Assembly: GCA_035497635.1 (NCBI GenBank)
Contig: DATJDB010000180.1
Coordinates: forward strand, 1-49,708
Origin: Pseudomonas sp.
GTDB taxonomy: Bacteria; Pseudomonadota; Gammaproteobacteria; Pseudomonadales; Pseudomonadaceae
Reading direction: 5' to 3'
Length of the DNA: 49,708 bases
This document shows positions 14,214-26,261 of this stretch, in pieces. The stretch's first letter is position 1. Each line of letters begins with the position of its first letter. Below the pieces are notes generated by a model, which was not told where the DNA came from, did no database searches, and saw only the letters and a list, made by a program, of their open reading frames with translations. The position numbers were made by a program, and so were the translations under genes.

Positions 14214-15424
14214 GGCTTGCCGGACCCGCAGGCCACCGTGTCCGGCGCCTCGGGCGCGACCGTGGCCAGTTTCGGACGGTGGGCGGGAAACCAGCCCAGC
14301 ACGGCGGGGAAGTGCCGGGCGGCGTGGAAGCCGAGGAACATCAGCGGCGCCCGCCACCAGTAGCCACGCCGCAGCAGCTGGCGGGTGACCGGCTTGCAGC
14401 GCGTTTCGGCCAGCTCGCTAAGGTGCGCGTACAGCCGCTGGTTGAACGCGGGATCGCGGATGAACAGGTTGGCTTCCAGATTCAGCGACAGGCTCAGCGG
14501 ATCGAGATTGCTGGAGCCCACGGTGCTCCATTCCCGGTCGACCAGCGCCACCTTGCCATGCAGGGGCTTCTCGCAGTATTCGCGGATGCACACGCCGTCG
14601 CGCAGCAGGTAGTCGTAGAGCAGGCGCCCGCAGACCCACACCCAGCGCATGTCTGGCTGCCCCTGCAGGATCAGGGTCACCTGCACGCCGCGCCGGGCGG
14701 CATTGCGCAGCTCGCGCAGCAGCCGATAGCCGGGAAAGAAGTAGGCATTGGCCACCAGCAGCCGTTCACGGGCGTCGCGGATCGCCGCCATGTACTGGTC
14801 CTCGATGTCATCCTGGTGATCATCGTTGTCGCGGATCGCCAGCAGCATGGCGCTGCGCCCGTTTTCGGCGGGGCGCGGGCGCGGATGCAGGCCGGCACCC
14901 GGTGCCTGCACGCCAAAATGAGCCAGCAGCTCCATGGCGGCGAGGTGAATATCGGCGACCACCGGGCCGCGCACCTCGACGGCGTAATCCTGCTTGGCCA
15001 TGGGGCCGAATTCCTGCAGGTGGTCGAGGCAGAAGTTGATGCCGCCCACAAAGGCGACCTCGCCGTCGACCACCACGATCTTGCGGTGCAGCCGGCGGAA
15101 CAGGTTGGTGCGCATGCCGAACATCTTCGGGCGCGGGTCGAACAGGTGCACCCGCACGCCGACCCGGGTCAGGGCTTCGATGTAGGCCCGGCTCAAATCG
15201 GCGGTGCCGTAGCCGTCGGCGGTCACTTCGATGCGCACGCCGCGCTCGGCCGCCTCGATCAGCGCCTGTTGCAGCGCCTGACCGACCGGGTCCTCGAAGA
15301 TGATGAAGGTTTCCAGCAGCACCTCGTGACGCGCCGCGCGGATCGCCTCGAACACCCGTGGGAAGTAGTCCTCGCCGTTGATCAGCAGTTCCACCTGGTT
15401 CTGCCCCTGCCAGGTGTCGTTCAC
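14210..15424 (-). CDS. clsB: Cardiolipin synthase B (PLD family)
   Basis: Two HKD-type motifs, HRKIVVVD and HGKVALVD..VGSSNLD. Lies in the ybhP-clsB-ybhN context. Confidence 0.93.
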   Translation of the reverse strand: MNDTWQGQNQVELLINGEDYFPRVFEAIRAARHEVLLETFIIFEDPVGQALQQALIEAAERGVRIEVTADGYGTADLSRAYIEALTRVGVRVHLFDPRPKMFGMRTNLFRRLHRKIVVVDGEVAFVGGINFCLDHLQEFGPMAKQDYAVEVRGPVVADIHLAAMELLAHFGVQAPGAGLHPRPRPAENGRSAMLLAIRDNDDHQDDIEDQYMAAIRDARERLLVANAYFFPGYRLLRELRNAARRGVQVTLILQGQPDMRWVWVCGRLLYDYLLRDGVCIREYCEKPLHGKVALVDREWSTVGSSNLDPLSLSLNLEANLFIRDPAFNQRLYAHLSELAETRCKPVTRQLLRRGYWWRAPLMFLGFHAARHFPAVLGWFPAHRPKLATVAPEAPDTVACGSGKP

Positions 15425-16197
15425 AGATGCACCTCCACCGCCAGCGGGGCATGGTCGGACAGATGCGACCAGGGCCGCCGAGTCAGCACCCGCGCCTCGT
15501 GTCCGCTGCAGTTGCGCAGGTAGACGCGATCCAGCGGCAACAGTGGCCAGCGCGCCGGAAAGCTCTTCGCCGGTGCGCCATGGGCGCGGGTGAACACTTC
15601 ATGCAGGCCGCACTCGGCCAGCGTGGCGTCGGCCTTGCAGCGCCAGTCATTGAAGTCGCCGGCCACGATCACCGCCGCATCCACCGGCAGGCCGCTCAGC
15701 AGCCGGCACAACAGGCGCAGCTGCTTTTGTCGATGGTGTTCCTGCAGCCCCAGGTGCACACAGACGGCATGCACTGCGCGCTCGCCCGGCACATCCAGCT
15801 CGGCATGCAGCAGGCCGCGCATCTCGTGATCGCCGATGGACACGTCGTGGTTGTGGAACGCCAGGATCGGAAACTTGGAAAGCAGCGCGTTGCCGTGATC
15901 GCCGTCCGGGTAGACCGCGTTGCGGCCGTAGGCGAACTCCGGCCACATGCTGTCGGCGAGGAACTCGTACTGCGGCGTCGGCGGCCAGTCCTTCCAGCGC
16001 AGCGCGTGACTCTGGTGCGCGCCGTGCACTTCCTGCAGGAACACCAGCTCGGTGGACAGGATGCGCACCGCGTCGCGCAGCTCCGGCAGGATGAAACGCC
16101 GGTTGAAGAAGGTGAAGCCCTTGTGGGTGTTCACCGTCAGCAGGCGCAGCCGGTGCACCGCCGACCGCTGGCTATGGCGCAGCGTCTCGGGGCTCAT
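15421..16197 (-). CDS. ybhP: Endonuclease/exonuclease/phosphatase family protein (YbhP-like)
   Basis: LTVNTHKG, FLQEV, YGRNAVY..GDHGNA.LS, AGDFNDW, LDRVY, SDHAPL. Confidence 0.9.
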   Translation of the reverse strand: MSPETLRHSQRSAVHRLRLLTVNTHKGFTFFNRRFILPELRDAVRILSTELVFLQEVHGAHQSHALRWKDWPPTPQYEFLADSMWPEFAYGRNAVYPDGDHGNALLSKFPILAFHNHDVSIGDHEMRGLLHAELDVPGERAVHAVCVHLGLQEHHRQKQLRLLCRLLSGLPVDAAVIVAGDFNDWRCKADATLAECGLHEVFTRAHGAPAKSFPARWPLLPLDRVYLRNCSGHEARVLTRRPWSHLSDHAPLAVEVHL

Positions 16198-17108
16198 GTT
16201 GTTCCCTCCAGGCGCCCCGGCAGGTATTCCAGGCGATCCGCCAGCCCCAACCGCTCCAGCAGACCACGCGCATCGTAGGGGGCGCGCACTTTTACATCAT
16301 TGTCGAAATAGCAGTACAGATCCCGCGACTGACGTTCCACCCGACGCCCGGCATCGATCAGATGCGCATCGCCCGGCTGCTTGCCGCGCGTCCAGTGGCG
16401 AATGCGCTCGGCCCAGCGATCCAGCGCCTCGGCGCTGTAGCCGCTGGCATAGAGTTCCTCGTCGCCATGCAGGCGCAGGTAGAGGAAGTCGCTGGTCAGG
16501 TCTTCCTGATACGGCCACTTGCCGGCGGTGTCGGCCACCACCAGGGCGACCCGGTAGCGGCTGAGCAGCTCGACGAACGCCGGCACCACGAAGCTGCGAT
16601 TGCGGATTTCCACGGCATGGCGCAGCGGACCCTCGTGGGCAAATTGCAGCGAGTCCTTGTGACGCAGCGTGCTGCCGCATTGCCGGGCGCAGGCGCGCGC
16701 GGCCTCGGCATCCTGCGGCAGCAGGCCGAGGAACTGCTCGAACTGCTCGGCATCGAAGCGAAAGTTCGGCGGGAATTGCCAGAGCACCGGTCCCAGCTTG
16801 TCCTCCAGGCGCAGCACCCCGGAGGCGAAGAAGTTGGCCACCGGAGTTTCCACTTCGCGCAGGCGCCGCACATGGGTGATGAAGCGCGGCGCCTTGACGC
16901 TGAACACGAAGTCGTCGGGCGTGTCGGCGTACCAGCCGGCGTAGCGCTCGGGCGTCTGCAGGGCATAGAAGGAGCCGTTGATCTCGATGCTGCCCACCGT
17001 GCGCGAGGCGTAGTGCAGCTCCTGCTTCTGTGCCAGCCCCTCGGGATAGAAGTCGCCCCGCCAGGGCGCGTAGCGCCAGCCGGAAATACCGATGCGTATC
17101 TCGCTCAT
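16194..17108 (-). CDS. DUF72 domain protein
   Basis: IGISGWRY.PWRGDFYP, IEINGSFY, FSVKAPRFITH, LWQFPP, HAVEIR, YLRLHG, YCYFDND. Confidence 0.92.
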   Translation of the reverse strand: MSEIRIGISGWRYAPWRGDFYPEGLAQKQELHYASRTVGSIEINGSFYALQTPERYAGWYADTPDDFVFSVKAPRFITHVRRLREVETPVANFFASGVLRLEDKLGPVLWQFPPNFRFDAEQFEQFLGLLPQDAEAARACARQCGSTLRHKDSLQFAHEGPLRHAVEIRNRSFVVPAFVELLSRYRVALVVADTAGKWPYQEDLTSDFLYLRLHGDEELYASGYSAEALDRWAERIRHWTRGKQPGDAHLIDAGRRVERQSRDLYCYFDNDVKVRAPYDARGLLERLGLADRLEYLPGRLEGTT

Positions 17109-17111
17109 CGC

Positions 17112-18431
17112 TCAGGAGCGCTTGGGCGCCGTCATCGCCGGGGGATCGCTGGCCGGGAAGGAGTCCTCGATAGCCTCGTCGAGCAGCGCCTCGCCGTGTA
17201 CCTGCTCCTCGTCGCCGCTGCGCGCCTGCTGGCGCTGCGGTTGCAGTTCCACCTTCACCCAGCCGCTTTCCCGCCGGTCGAAGGCCTCGAAGGCGGCGAT
17301 GGCATCGCTCATGGGTTTGATCTGCGTGAGGATCTGCGCCGGATCGACCGCGCCCGACACCACCAGCTCGATGAGCTTCGGGATGTAGCGCCGGTGCGGG
17401 CAGTTGCCCATCTTCAGGGTCAGGTTCTTCATCATCGCCATGCCGATGGGAAAGCTGCGCGCCTGCTCCGGGTACACACCAATGATGGACAGGGTTCCGG
17501 CCTTGGCCAGGCCTTCCACCGCCCACTGCAGCACCTGGCTGGGCGCATCGCCGGGATGCCAGTTTTCGCCGTCCGGATGGGTGTGCGGCGCGACACTGGC
17601 GACTTCCTCGCGGAAACTGCCGGTATCTTTGTGCAGCGGGGCCTGACGGGGCTGCTCGGCGTCCACGCCCACCGCGTCGATGGCGCGGTCGACACCGATG
17701 CCCGCCGTCAGCCGGCGCAGGGTGGCGATCGGGTCTTCCTTGTCAAAGTTGATCACCTCCGCACCCTGCTGGCGGGCCATGCGCAAACGGTCTTCCAGGT
17801 GATCGATGGCGTAGACCTGCCCGGCGCCCAGGAGCAGGGCGCTGGCAATGGCGAACTGACCGACCGGGCCGCAGCCGAACACCGCCACGGTGTCACCCGG
17901 CCTGATTTCCGCCAGTTCGGCGCCGAAATAGCCGGTGGGGAAGATGTCCGACAGCAGGATCGCCTGATCGTCGCTGATGCTGCTCGGCAACTTGACCAAC
18001 CCCACATTGGCGAAGGGCACGCGCACCTTTTCGGCCTGCATGCCATGGAACGGACCGGTGCTCTTCGGCCCGCCGAAGAAGGCGGTGCCGGCCTGTGGGC
18101 CGTTGGGGTTGGCCACATCGCACTGGGAGTAGTACCCGGCGCGGCAATACACGCAGTTGCCGCAGGCGATGGTCGAACCGATCACCACCCGGTCACCAAT
18201 CTGCAGGTTGCGCACGTCATCGCCCAGGGCCTCGACGATGCCGACGCCTTCGTGGCCGAGGATGGTGCCCGGCTGCATGCCCGCCATGGTGCCCCGGACC
18301 ATGTGCAGGTCGGTGCCACAGATCGCCGACGCCGTGATCCGCACAATGGCGTCGGTGGGTGCCTGCAGCGTCGGTTCCGCTACGTCTTCCAGGCGAATGT
18401 CGCCCACATCATGGAATACCACGGCCTTCAT
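17112..18431 (-). CDS. Zinc-dependent alcohol/formaldehyde dehydrogenase (MDR family) with an extra C-terminal tail
   Basis: ICGTDLH, LGHEGVG, CGNCVYC...C, LSDIFPTGY, GCGPVG, IDAVG. The family end WVKVELQP is followed by about 41 extra aa. Confidence 0.9.
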   Translation of the reverse strand: MKAVVFHDVGDIRLEDVAEPTLQAPTDAIVRITASAICGTDLHMVRGTMAGMQPGTILGHEGVGIVEALGDDVRNLQIGDRVVIGSTIACGNCVYCRAGYYSQCDVANPNGPQAGTAFFGGPKSTGPFHGMQAEKVRVPFANVGLVKLPSSISDDQAILLSDIFPTGYFGAELAEIRPGDTVAVFGCGPVGQFAIASALLLGAGQVYAIDHLEDRLRMARQQGAEVINFDKEDPIATLRRLTAGIGVDRAIDAVGVDAEQPRQAPLHKDTGSFREEVASVAPHTHPDGENWHPGDAPSQVLQWAVEGLAKAGTLSIIGVYPEQARSFPIGMAMMKNLTLKMGNCPHRRYIPKLIELVVSGAVDPAQILTQIKPMSDAIAAFEAFDRRESGWVKVELQPQRQQARSGDEEQVHGEALLDEAIEDSFPASDPPAMTAPKRS

Positions 18432-18459
18432 GCTCGGCCTCCTCGCCCGACAGGGCGAC

Positions 18460-18873
18460 TCAATGCGCTTTCGCCACGCCGCGCAGCACCGTATCGCTGG
18501 CGCGCTGGCTGTTGATGCTGGCGATGTTGCCCAGCGAGACCACGCCGATCAGGCGCTTTTCGCGGTTGAGCACCGGCAGGCGGCGCATCTGGATGTCGGC
18601 CATGTTCTGAGCGACGTGCTGGACGTCCTCATCGTCGAAGCAGTAGCGGATGCCGCTGCTCATCACCTGGCGCACCGGCGTGTCGGGCGACATGCCCTGG
18701 GCGACGGCGCGAATGGCGATGTCGCGATCGGTGATCATGCCGACCAGGCGTTCGCCTTGATGGACCAGCAGGGCGCCACTGTCGATGCGCTGCATCATGC
18801 TGGCCGCTTCCTGAATGCTCTGCTCGGGAAGAATGGTCTGTACATCGTGGGTCATGACTTCGGAAATCTTCAT
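18460..18873 (-). CDS. CBS-domain pair protein
   Basis: 137 aa; VMT..V, LVGMITDRDIAIR, MRRLPVL...LIGVVSLG. Confidence 0.92.
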   Translation of the reverse strand: MKISEVMTHDVQTILPEQSIQEAASMMQRIDSGALLVHQGERLVGMITDRDIAIRAVAQGMSPDTPVRQVMSSGIRYCFDDEDVQHVAQNMADIQMRRLPVLNREKRLIGVVSLGNIASINSQRASDTVLRGVAKAH

Positions 18874-18933
18874 GGCGACCTCCCGGTTGCTGAAACCTGA
18901 ACCAGGCGGGCGTTATTACCCACCCCTTGAAGG

Positions 18934-18960
18934 TCCGACTAGGGGGATGCAGGACGGTTC
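18934..18960 (-). promoter_or_regulatory. Candidate AlgU-type promoter for the CBS-ADH-DUF72-ybhP-clsB-ybhN run
   Basis: Minus strand GAACCG-16 bp-TCGGA. Confidence 0.5.
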
Positions 18961-19001
18961 AGAACATCCGGGGCCGCCTGTCCAGTGGCGGGTGCGACGG
19001 C

Positions 19002-21140
<2,139 letters not shown>

Positions 21141-21163
21141 GCGGAACCCTCCCTGGCGGTCCG

Positions 21164-21415
21164 TCAGTGCGGTTGTTCATTTCTCTGGCGGCCCCCGCCG
21201 CCGCGCCGGCTGGTCGTCGCCGGCGTGTCCGCCGCCGCTGCCGCATGTGGCCGGCTGCGCGAGACCCGGGCCGGGGGTGTAGGCGTTCCAGTCTGCACGG
21301 TCTCGCTGGCCAGCCGACTGGCCAGGCCCCAGTGGCGATCCTGTTCGCCGTCCGGACATCCCTCGGCCTCCCAGATCTGGTAGGCCAGCTCACGTATGCG
21401 CTGCTCGTCGCTCAT
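21164..21415 (-). CDS. DUF2934 domain small protein
   Basis: MSDEQRIRELAYQIWEAEGCPDGEQDRHW (IR..AY..WE.EG.P.G....HW) with a low-complexity tail. ATGA overlap with the treY stop. Confidence 0.85.
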   Translation of the reverse strand: MSDEQRIRELAYQIWEAEGCPDGEQDRHWGLASRLASETVQTGTPTPPARVSRSRPHAAAAADTPATTSRRGGGGRQRNEQPH

Positions 21416-24189
21416 GATTGCTCTCCTGAAACATGCAACACCTCGACCGGGAACACTCCGAGCAGATCGCCCAGCGCCAGCCGACCCCGCGTGGGCGTCA
21501 TGCGCCGACCGCCCAGCAGGCCGGACAGGGGCGTCGCGGTCAGTGCCCTCGGCAGTTCGACGGCGGTGTCGCCCCAGCGTTCCGCAGGCACCAGGGGAAT
21601 GGACTGCCCGGCCAGCAGCTCGGCGCTCAGGCGAGGCACCACCACCAGCAGCCAGGTCTCGCCGTGGCGACGGGCAAAGGCCAGCGCCCGCTCGGCGTGG
21701 CGGCCGACCAGCGGCAGCGGCTGGTAATCGCCACGCCGGAACAGGTCGGGTTGCCGGCGGCGCAGGTCCAGCAGCCGGGCGATCAGCCGCTGCTTCACGC
21801 GTCCGTCGGGCCAGTGGCTCAGCAGCTCGGGCAGCGTGGCGTCCTGGGCGAGGGCGGTCTGGCGCGCCTCGAAATCCACCGGCTGGCGATTGTCCGGATC
21901 GACCAGGCTGAAATCCCAGAACTCGCAGCCCTGATAGAAATCGGGAACACCGGGGCAGGTCAGCTTCAGCAGGCACTGAGCCAGACCGTTCAGCGCGCCG
22001 GCCGGGGCCAGGCAGCGAGTCGCGTCGGCGATGCGCTGGCGCAGTTCGGCACCCGCCGGGGCCTGCAGCATTTGTTTCAGAAAGTGCCGGCAGGCCTCTT
22101 CGTAGGGGCCATTGGGCGCGCTCCAGCTGCTGTGCAGCTTCGCCTCGCGCACGGCCTTTTCCTGCCAGCGCAGCAGGCGCCGCAGATAGGCCTGCAGACC
22201 CTGCGCGTCGTCCGGGGCCAGGGCCAGCGGCCAACTGGCCAGCAGGGTCTGGTAGAGCATCAGCTCGTCGCCGGGGGAGGGCGCCGGCAGGCCATGCAGC
22301 GCGGCGCGCAGCGGTTCGGCCAAGCGCAGCCAGGCACTGGCCTCGTCGATAAACCAGGCGGCGCGTTCGCTAAGCACCGCCAGGCGGGCGCGGGTGTCCT
22401 CGCCGCGCTTGTGGTCATGGGTGGCGGTGGCCAGCAGATTGTCCGGAAAGCGGTCGGCGCGTTCGCGGCACGCGTCGTGGAAGGCCTGGGGCGGCGCGCA
22501 GAAATGTTGCGGGTCGAAGCCCACGTCGTTGCGCGACAGCAGCCGCGCCGAGCGGTAGCAGGTGGTGTCCTCCACGGCCTTGGCCGCCGCCGGCGCGGTG
22601 AGTTGCTGGAAACGGGTGAGCATCTTGCGCCGCAGCTTGCGCACCGGGCCGCGCGGCAGTTCGCGCAACGGCTGGCCGCCCAGCCAGCGTTCGAGGTGTT
22701 CCAGCAGCGGCCAGTCGGCTTCCAGCAGGCTTTGGCGTGCGCCATCCAATGCCATGCGGAAGAACCGCCAGTCCTCGGCGGAGCAGCCGCACACCGTGGC
22801 GTAGGTGCGATACACAGGGAAGTGCATGATCAGCGCGGTGAGCGCGCGGCGCAGCGAGCCCAGGGTCAGGTCGCGGCTGGCCAGGTCCTGGCGGGCAACC
22901 AGCAGCAGGCCCTGGGCAACGGTTTCCAGGTCGCCGGCCAGAGAGCCCTGCAGCATCAGCTGGCGGGCTTGCACCACCTCGTCGGCGAAATCCAGGTCGC
23001 GGCCGCTGGCCTCGCGCCAGAAGCGGGTCAGCGGCATCTCGCCGGCGGGGTCGTGCTGCAGCAGCGATAGCTGGTTCATGAATTCGTAGCCGGTGGTGCC
23101 ATCCACCCCCCAGTCGCGTGCCAGGGATTCGCCGGCGCCGAGGATCTTTTCCACATAGATGGGCAGGTGGCGTTGCGGACACAGGCGATCGACCCGCCGG
23201 CGCAACCGTCGGCAATAGGCGCGGGGGTTGGCCAGGCCGTCCACATGATCGATGCGCAGGCCGTCGATCAGGCCTTCCTCGATCAGCGCGAACAGGGTGC
23301 GATGAATGGCTTCGAAGACCTCGGCGCGCTCGACCCGCAGACCGCCCAGCTCGTTGATGTCGAAGAAGCGCCGCCAGTTGATGTCGTCCGCAGCGGTGCG
23401 CCAGCTGGCCAGGCGGTAATGCTGGCATTCCAGCAAGGCATGCAGGCGCTGGAAGCCTTCCTCGCCATCCACGCGATACGCGTCCATGCCGCGTTGCAGG
23501 GCGGCGCGTACCTCTGGCTCCTGGCACAGCTGGCACAGCTCGTTGCGCAGCGTGGCGGCGCGGTGCCTGCCCCGCTCGCCGCGCGGCAAGCTGGCGAAGC
23601 GCACGGCCAGCGCGCCGAGCCCGGCATGACGGGCATGGCGCAGGATGCGCGCGCAGGACGCCGGCGCCAGAGGAAAGCGGTGTTCATGGTGACTGACGTA
23701 GAACTGCCCGGTGTCCTCCTGATAGTTGAGGACGATTTCCCCGTCTCGCAGCACCTGGGCGTAGTCGCTGCGCAGGAAGGGCACCAGCAGCTGGCCGCGC
23801 AGCAACGGGTCGTGGGAGCGCCACTGGATATCGAAGAACTTGGCGTAGGGGCTGGCTTCGCCCCATTCCAGCACATCGAGCCACCAGGGGTTGCCGTCGC
23901 CGCCGACCGCCATGTGGTTGGAGACGATGTCCAGGATCAGACCCATGCCGTGCGCGTGCAGCGCATCCACCAGCCGGCGCAGCGCCTCTTCACCGCCCAG
24001 TTCCGGGTTGATGCGGGTCGGGTCCAGCACGTCGTAACCGTGCAGCGAGCCGGGGCGGGCGGTGAACAGTGGCGAGGCATAGATATGGCTGATGCTCAGC
24101 GCGGCGAAGTAGGGCACCCGCCGAGCGGCGTCGTCCAGGGTGAAGCCCCGGTGGAACTGCAGGCGCAGGGTGGCGAGCAGCGTACTCAT
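21412..24189 (-). CDS. treY: Malto-oligosyltrehalose synthase
   Basis: ATLRLQF, GSLHGYDV.DP, DIVSNHM, INWRRFFDI, GLRIDHVDGL, VEKIL, GTTGYE, ATHDHKRGED, LVDPDNR. Confidence 0.96.
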   Translation of the reverse strand: MSTLLATLRLQFHRGFTLDDAARRVPYFAALSISHIYASPLFTARPGSLHGYDVLDPTRINPELGGEEALRRLVDALHAHGMGLILDIVSNHMAVGGDGNPWWLDVLEWGEASPYAKFFDIQWRSHDPLLRGQLLVPFLRSDYAQVLRDGEIVLNYQEDTGQFYVSHHEHRFPLAPASCARILRHARHAGLGALAVRFASLPRGERGRHRAATLRNELCQLCQEPEVRAALQRGMDAYRVDGEEGFQRLHALLECQHYRLASWRTAADDINWRRFFDINELGGLRVERAEVFEAIHRTLFALIEEGLIDGLRIDHVDGLANPRAYCRRLRRRVDRLCPQRHLPIYVEKILGAGESLARDWGVDGTTGYEFMNQLSLLQHDPAGEMPLTRFWREASGRDLDFADEVVQARQLMLQGSLAGDLETVAQGLLLVARQDLASRDLTLGSLRRALTALIMHFPVYRTYATVCGCSAEDWRFFRMALDGARQSLLEADWPLLEHLERWLGGQPLRELPRGPVRKLRRKMLTRFQQLTAPAAAKAVEDTTCYRSARLLSRNDVGFDPQHFCAPPQAFHDACRERADRFPDNLLATATHDHKRGEDTRARLAVLSERAAWFIDEASAWLRLAEPLRAALHGLPAPSPGDELMLYQTLLASWPLALAPDDAQGLQAYLRRLLRWQEKAVREAKLHSSWSAPNGPYEEACRHFLKQMLQAPAGAELRQRIADATRCLAPAGALNGLAQCLLKLTCPGVPDFYQGCEFWDFSLVDPDNRQPVDFEARQTALAQDATLPELLSHWPDGRVKQRLIARLLDLRRRQPDLFRRGDYQPLPLVGRHAERALAFARRHGETWLLVVVPRLSAELLAGQSIPLVPAERWGDTAVELPRALTATPLSGLLGGRRMTPTRGRLALGDLLGVFPVEVLHVSGEQS

Positions 24190-26261
24190 GGGCGCGAACC
24201 CGCCTGCCGGCTGCTATCCAGGAGACGCAGACGCGCCATGGCCTGCGGTTCGCGCAGCAGGCGATCCACGCTGACCGGCCAGCGTCGACGCCAGTTGGGA
24301 TGGTGATCGCCGGGACCCGGCAAATTGGGTTGCTCCGGATGGCCGAGCACATCCTCCAGCGGCAGCAGCACCAGCGGCGCCGGGGTGCGCCCGAGAAATG
24401 CCACGCAGGCATCCAGCAGGCGGGCCGGATCCTCCTCGCCGTCGCGCAGCAGCCCTTCTACGCACAACGCCTCGACCAGCGCCCGACGATCCGCCTCGCG
24501 CTGGGCCAGGTCATCCCGGGCGCGCTGTGCGTCGATGTGGCCACTGGCCAGGCGCTGCTCGATGTCACGCCCTTCCAGCCAGCCGATGATGCTCGGCAGA
24601 TCATGGGTGGTGCTGGTGGCCAGGGCCTCGTCGGACCACTGCGCCAGCGGCCGGAAGCCCTCCTGATGCTGCTCGAAATACAGCACGCGCATGCCCAGGA
24701 TGTTGCGCCGCGCCAGGTCTTCGCTGAAGCCGGGCGGCACCGTGCCCAGATCTTCGCCGATGATCAAAGCCCGATGCCGGGTGGCTTCCAGACAGAGCAG
24801 GCGCAGCAGGTCGGCGCAGGGATAGTCCAGATAGGCGCCGGCCTCGGGCGGCGCCCCCTGGGGAATCAGCCAGAGCCGCTGCATTCCCATGGCGTGGTCG
24901 ATGCGCAGGCCGCCGACATGGGCCAGGTTGGCACGTAGCATTTCCACATAGGCGCGAAAGCCGTGCTGACGCAGGCCTTCGGGCGAGAAGGCGGTGATGC
25001 CCCAGTTCTGCCCGGCACGGTTGATCAGGTCTGGCGGGGCGCCCACCGCCAGGGCCGGCAGGAACTCTTCCTGACGCGACCAGGCCTGGCTGCCGGTGGA
25101 TTCGGCACCCACCGCCAGGTCGGCGATCAGGCCGATGCGCATGCCGGCGCCGATGGCGGCGTCCTGGGCGCGCTTCAGGCAGCGCGCGATCAACCACTGG
25201 CAGAAGGCATGGAAGCGCACTTCCTCGCCATGCTCCCGGGCGAAGCGCTCGACTTCGCCGTGTCGGGGATCGCGCAGGGACTCCGACCAGTCCCGCCAGT
25301 CGCCGGACTGACCGTGGGCCCGTTGAAAGGCCTGCAGCGCCTCGAAGCGGCAGTGATCGCGCAGCGCTTCGCCGCCGACCGCGCAGAAGCTGTTGAAGTC
25401 CGGCGTCAGCAGGTTCTCCTTGCCGCCGCCGCCAAAGCCGCGATACAGCTCGCGCAGGATGCGCAGGCGGGTGTTGCCAACCGCCGGCCAATCAATGAGC
25501 TCCAGCGCCTCCAGGCGTGCCAGTTCCGCCTCCAGATCGCTGAGCTTGAGCACCTGACTCTGGGCATGTTCACCCAGGATGCAGCCGGGCGAGGCATGCA
25601 GGACGTTGAAGAACAGCCGACTGGAAGGCGAGTAGGGGCTGTAGTGCTCGGGCAGGGCGCTGAACATGGCATGCACCGGGCTCAGCGCCAGGGCGTCGGC
25701 GCCGGCCTGGGCGGCGCTGCGCACCAGATGTTCCAGCGCCTCGGTGTCGCCCAGGCCGCCATCGCCCTGCCGACGCAGGGCATACAGCTGCACGGCCAGT
25801 CCCCACAGATGCCGGTCCTCGCCACCGGCCAGGCTGGCGACATCGGGACAGGCGGGCGGACAGACCGCGACGGTCAGCTGTTCGTCGCCGATCTCCAGGC
25901 GGTGATAGCCGGGTTGCTGCCAGGCGGGCAGACGCGCCTGGGTATCCAGACGGCCTTCGTGCGCCTGGGCACCTTCTTCGGTGAGGCGAAAGGCACTGCC
26001 CGGCTTGAAACGCCCGGCCAGATCGAGGAGCTGGCCCTGCTCGACGGTCAGCAACGGCCCATAGCAGCGACTGCGGTGGCGGTCCTTGAGGGTGGCGAGA
26101 CTTTCCAGAATCTGTTGCGAGGTCTGGGCCGGATAGCCCATCGCTTCCAACAGGGCACGCTGCGCCTCGGGACTGACCCGCAGCTTCTGTTTGGCGGCAT
26201 CCTGCCATTCGGTATTGAGCCCGACGGCCTTGGACAGTTCGGCCAGACGCTTGTCACTCAT
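24186..26261 (-). CDS. malQ: 4-alpha-glucanotransferase (amylomaltase, GH77)
   Basis: WG..VQLYALR, SPYSPSSR, DLAVG, GAPPD..N.AGQNWG, LRIDH.MG, GEDLGTVP, THDLP, QPNLPG...HPNWRRR. Confidence 0.95.
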   Translation of the reverse strand: MSDKRLAELSKAVGLNTEWQDAAKQKLRVSPEAQRALLEAMGYPAQTSQQILESLATLKDRHRSRCYGPLLTVEQGQLLDLAGRFKPGSAFRLTEEGAQAHEGRLDTQARLPAWQQPGYHRLEIGDEQLTVAVCPPACPDVASLAGGEDRHLWGLAVQLYALRRQGDGGLGDTEALEHLVRSAAQAGADALALSPVHAMFSALPEHYSPYSPSSRLFFNVLHASPGCILGEHAQSQVLKLSDLEAELARLEALELIDWPAVGNTRLRILRELYRGFGGGGKENLLTPDFNSFCAVGGEALRDHCRFEALQAFQRAHGQSGDWRDWSESLRDPRHGEVERFAREHGEEVRFHAFCQWLIARCLKRAQDAAIGAGMRIGLIADLAVGAESTGSQAWSRQEEFLPALAVGAPPDLINRAGQNWGITAFSPEGLRQHGFRAYVEMLRANLAHVGGLRIDHAMGMQRLWLIPQGAPPEAGAYLDYPCADLLRLLCLEATRHRALIIGEDLGTVPPGFSEDLARRNILGMRVLYFEQHQEGFRPLAQWSDEALATSTTHDLPSIIGWLEGRDIEQRLASGHIDAQRARDDLAQREADRRALVEALCVEGLLRDGEEDPARLLDACVAFLGRTPAPLVLLPLEDVLGHPEQPNLPGPGDHHPNWRRRWPVSVDRLLREPQAMARLRLLDSSRQAGSRP

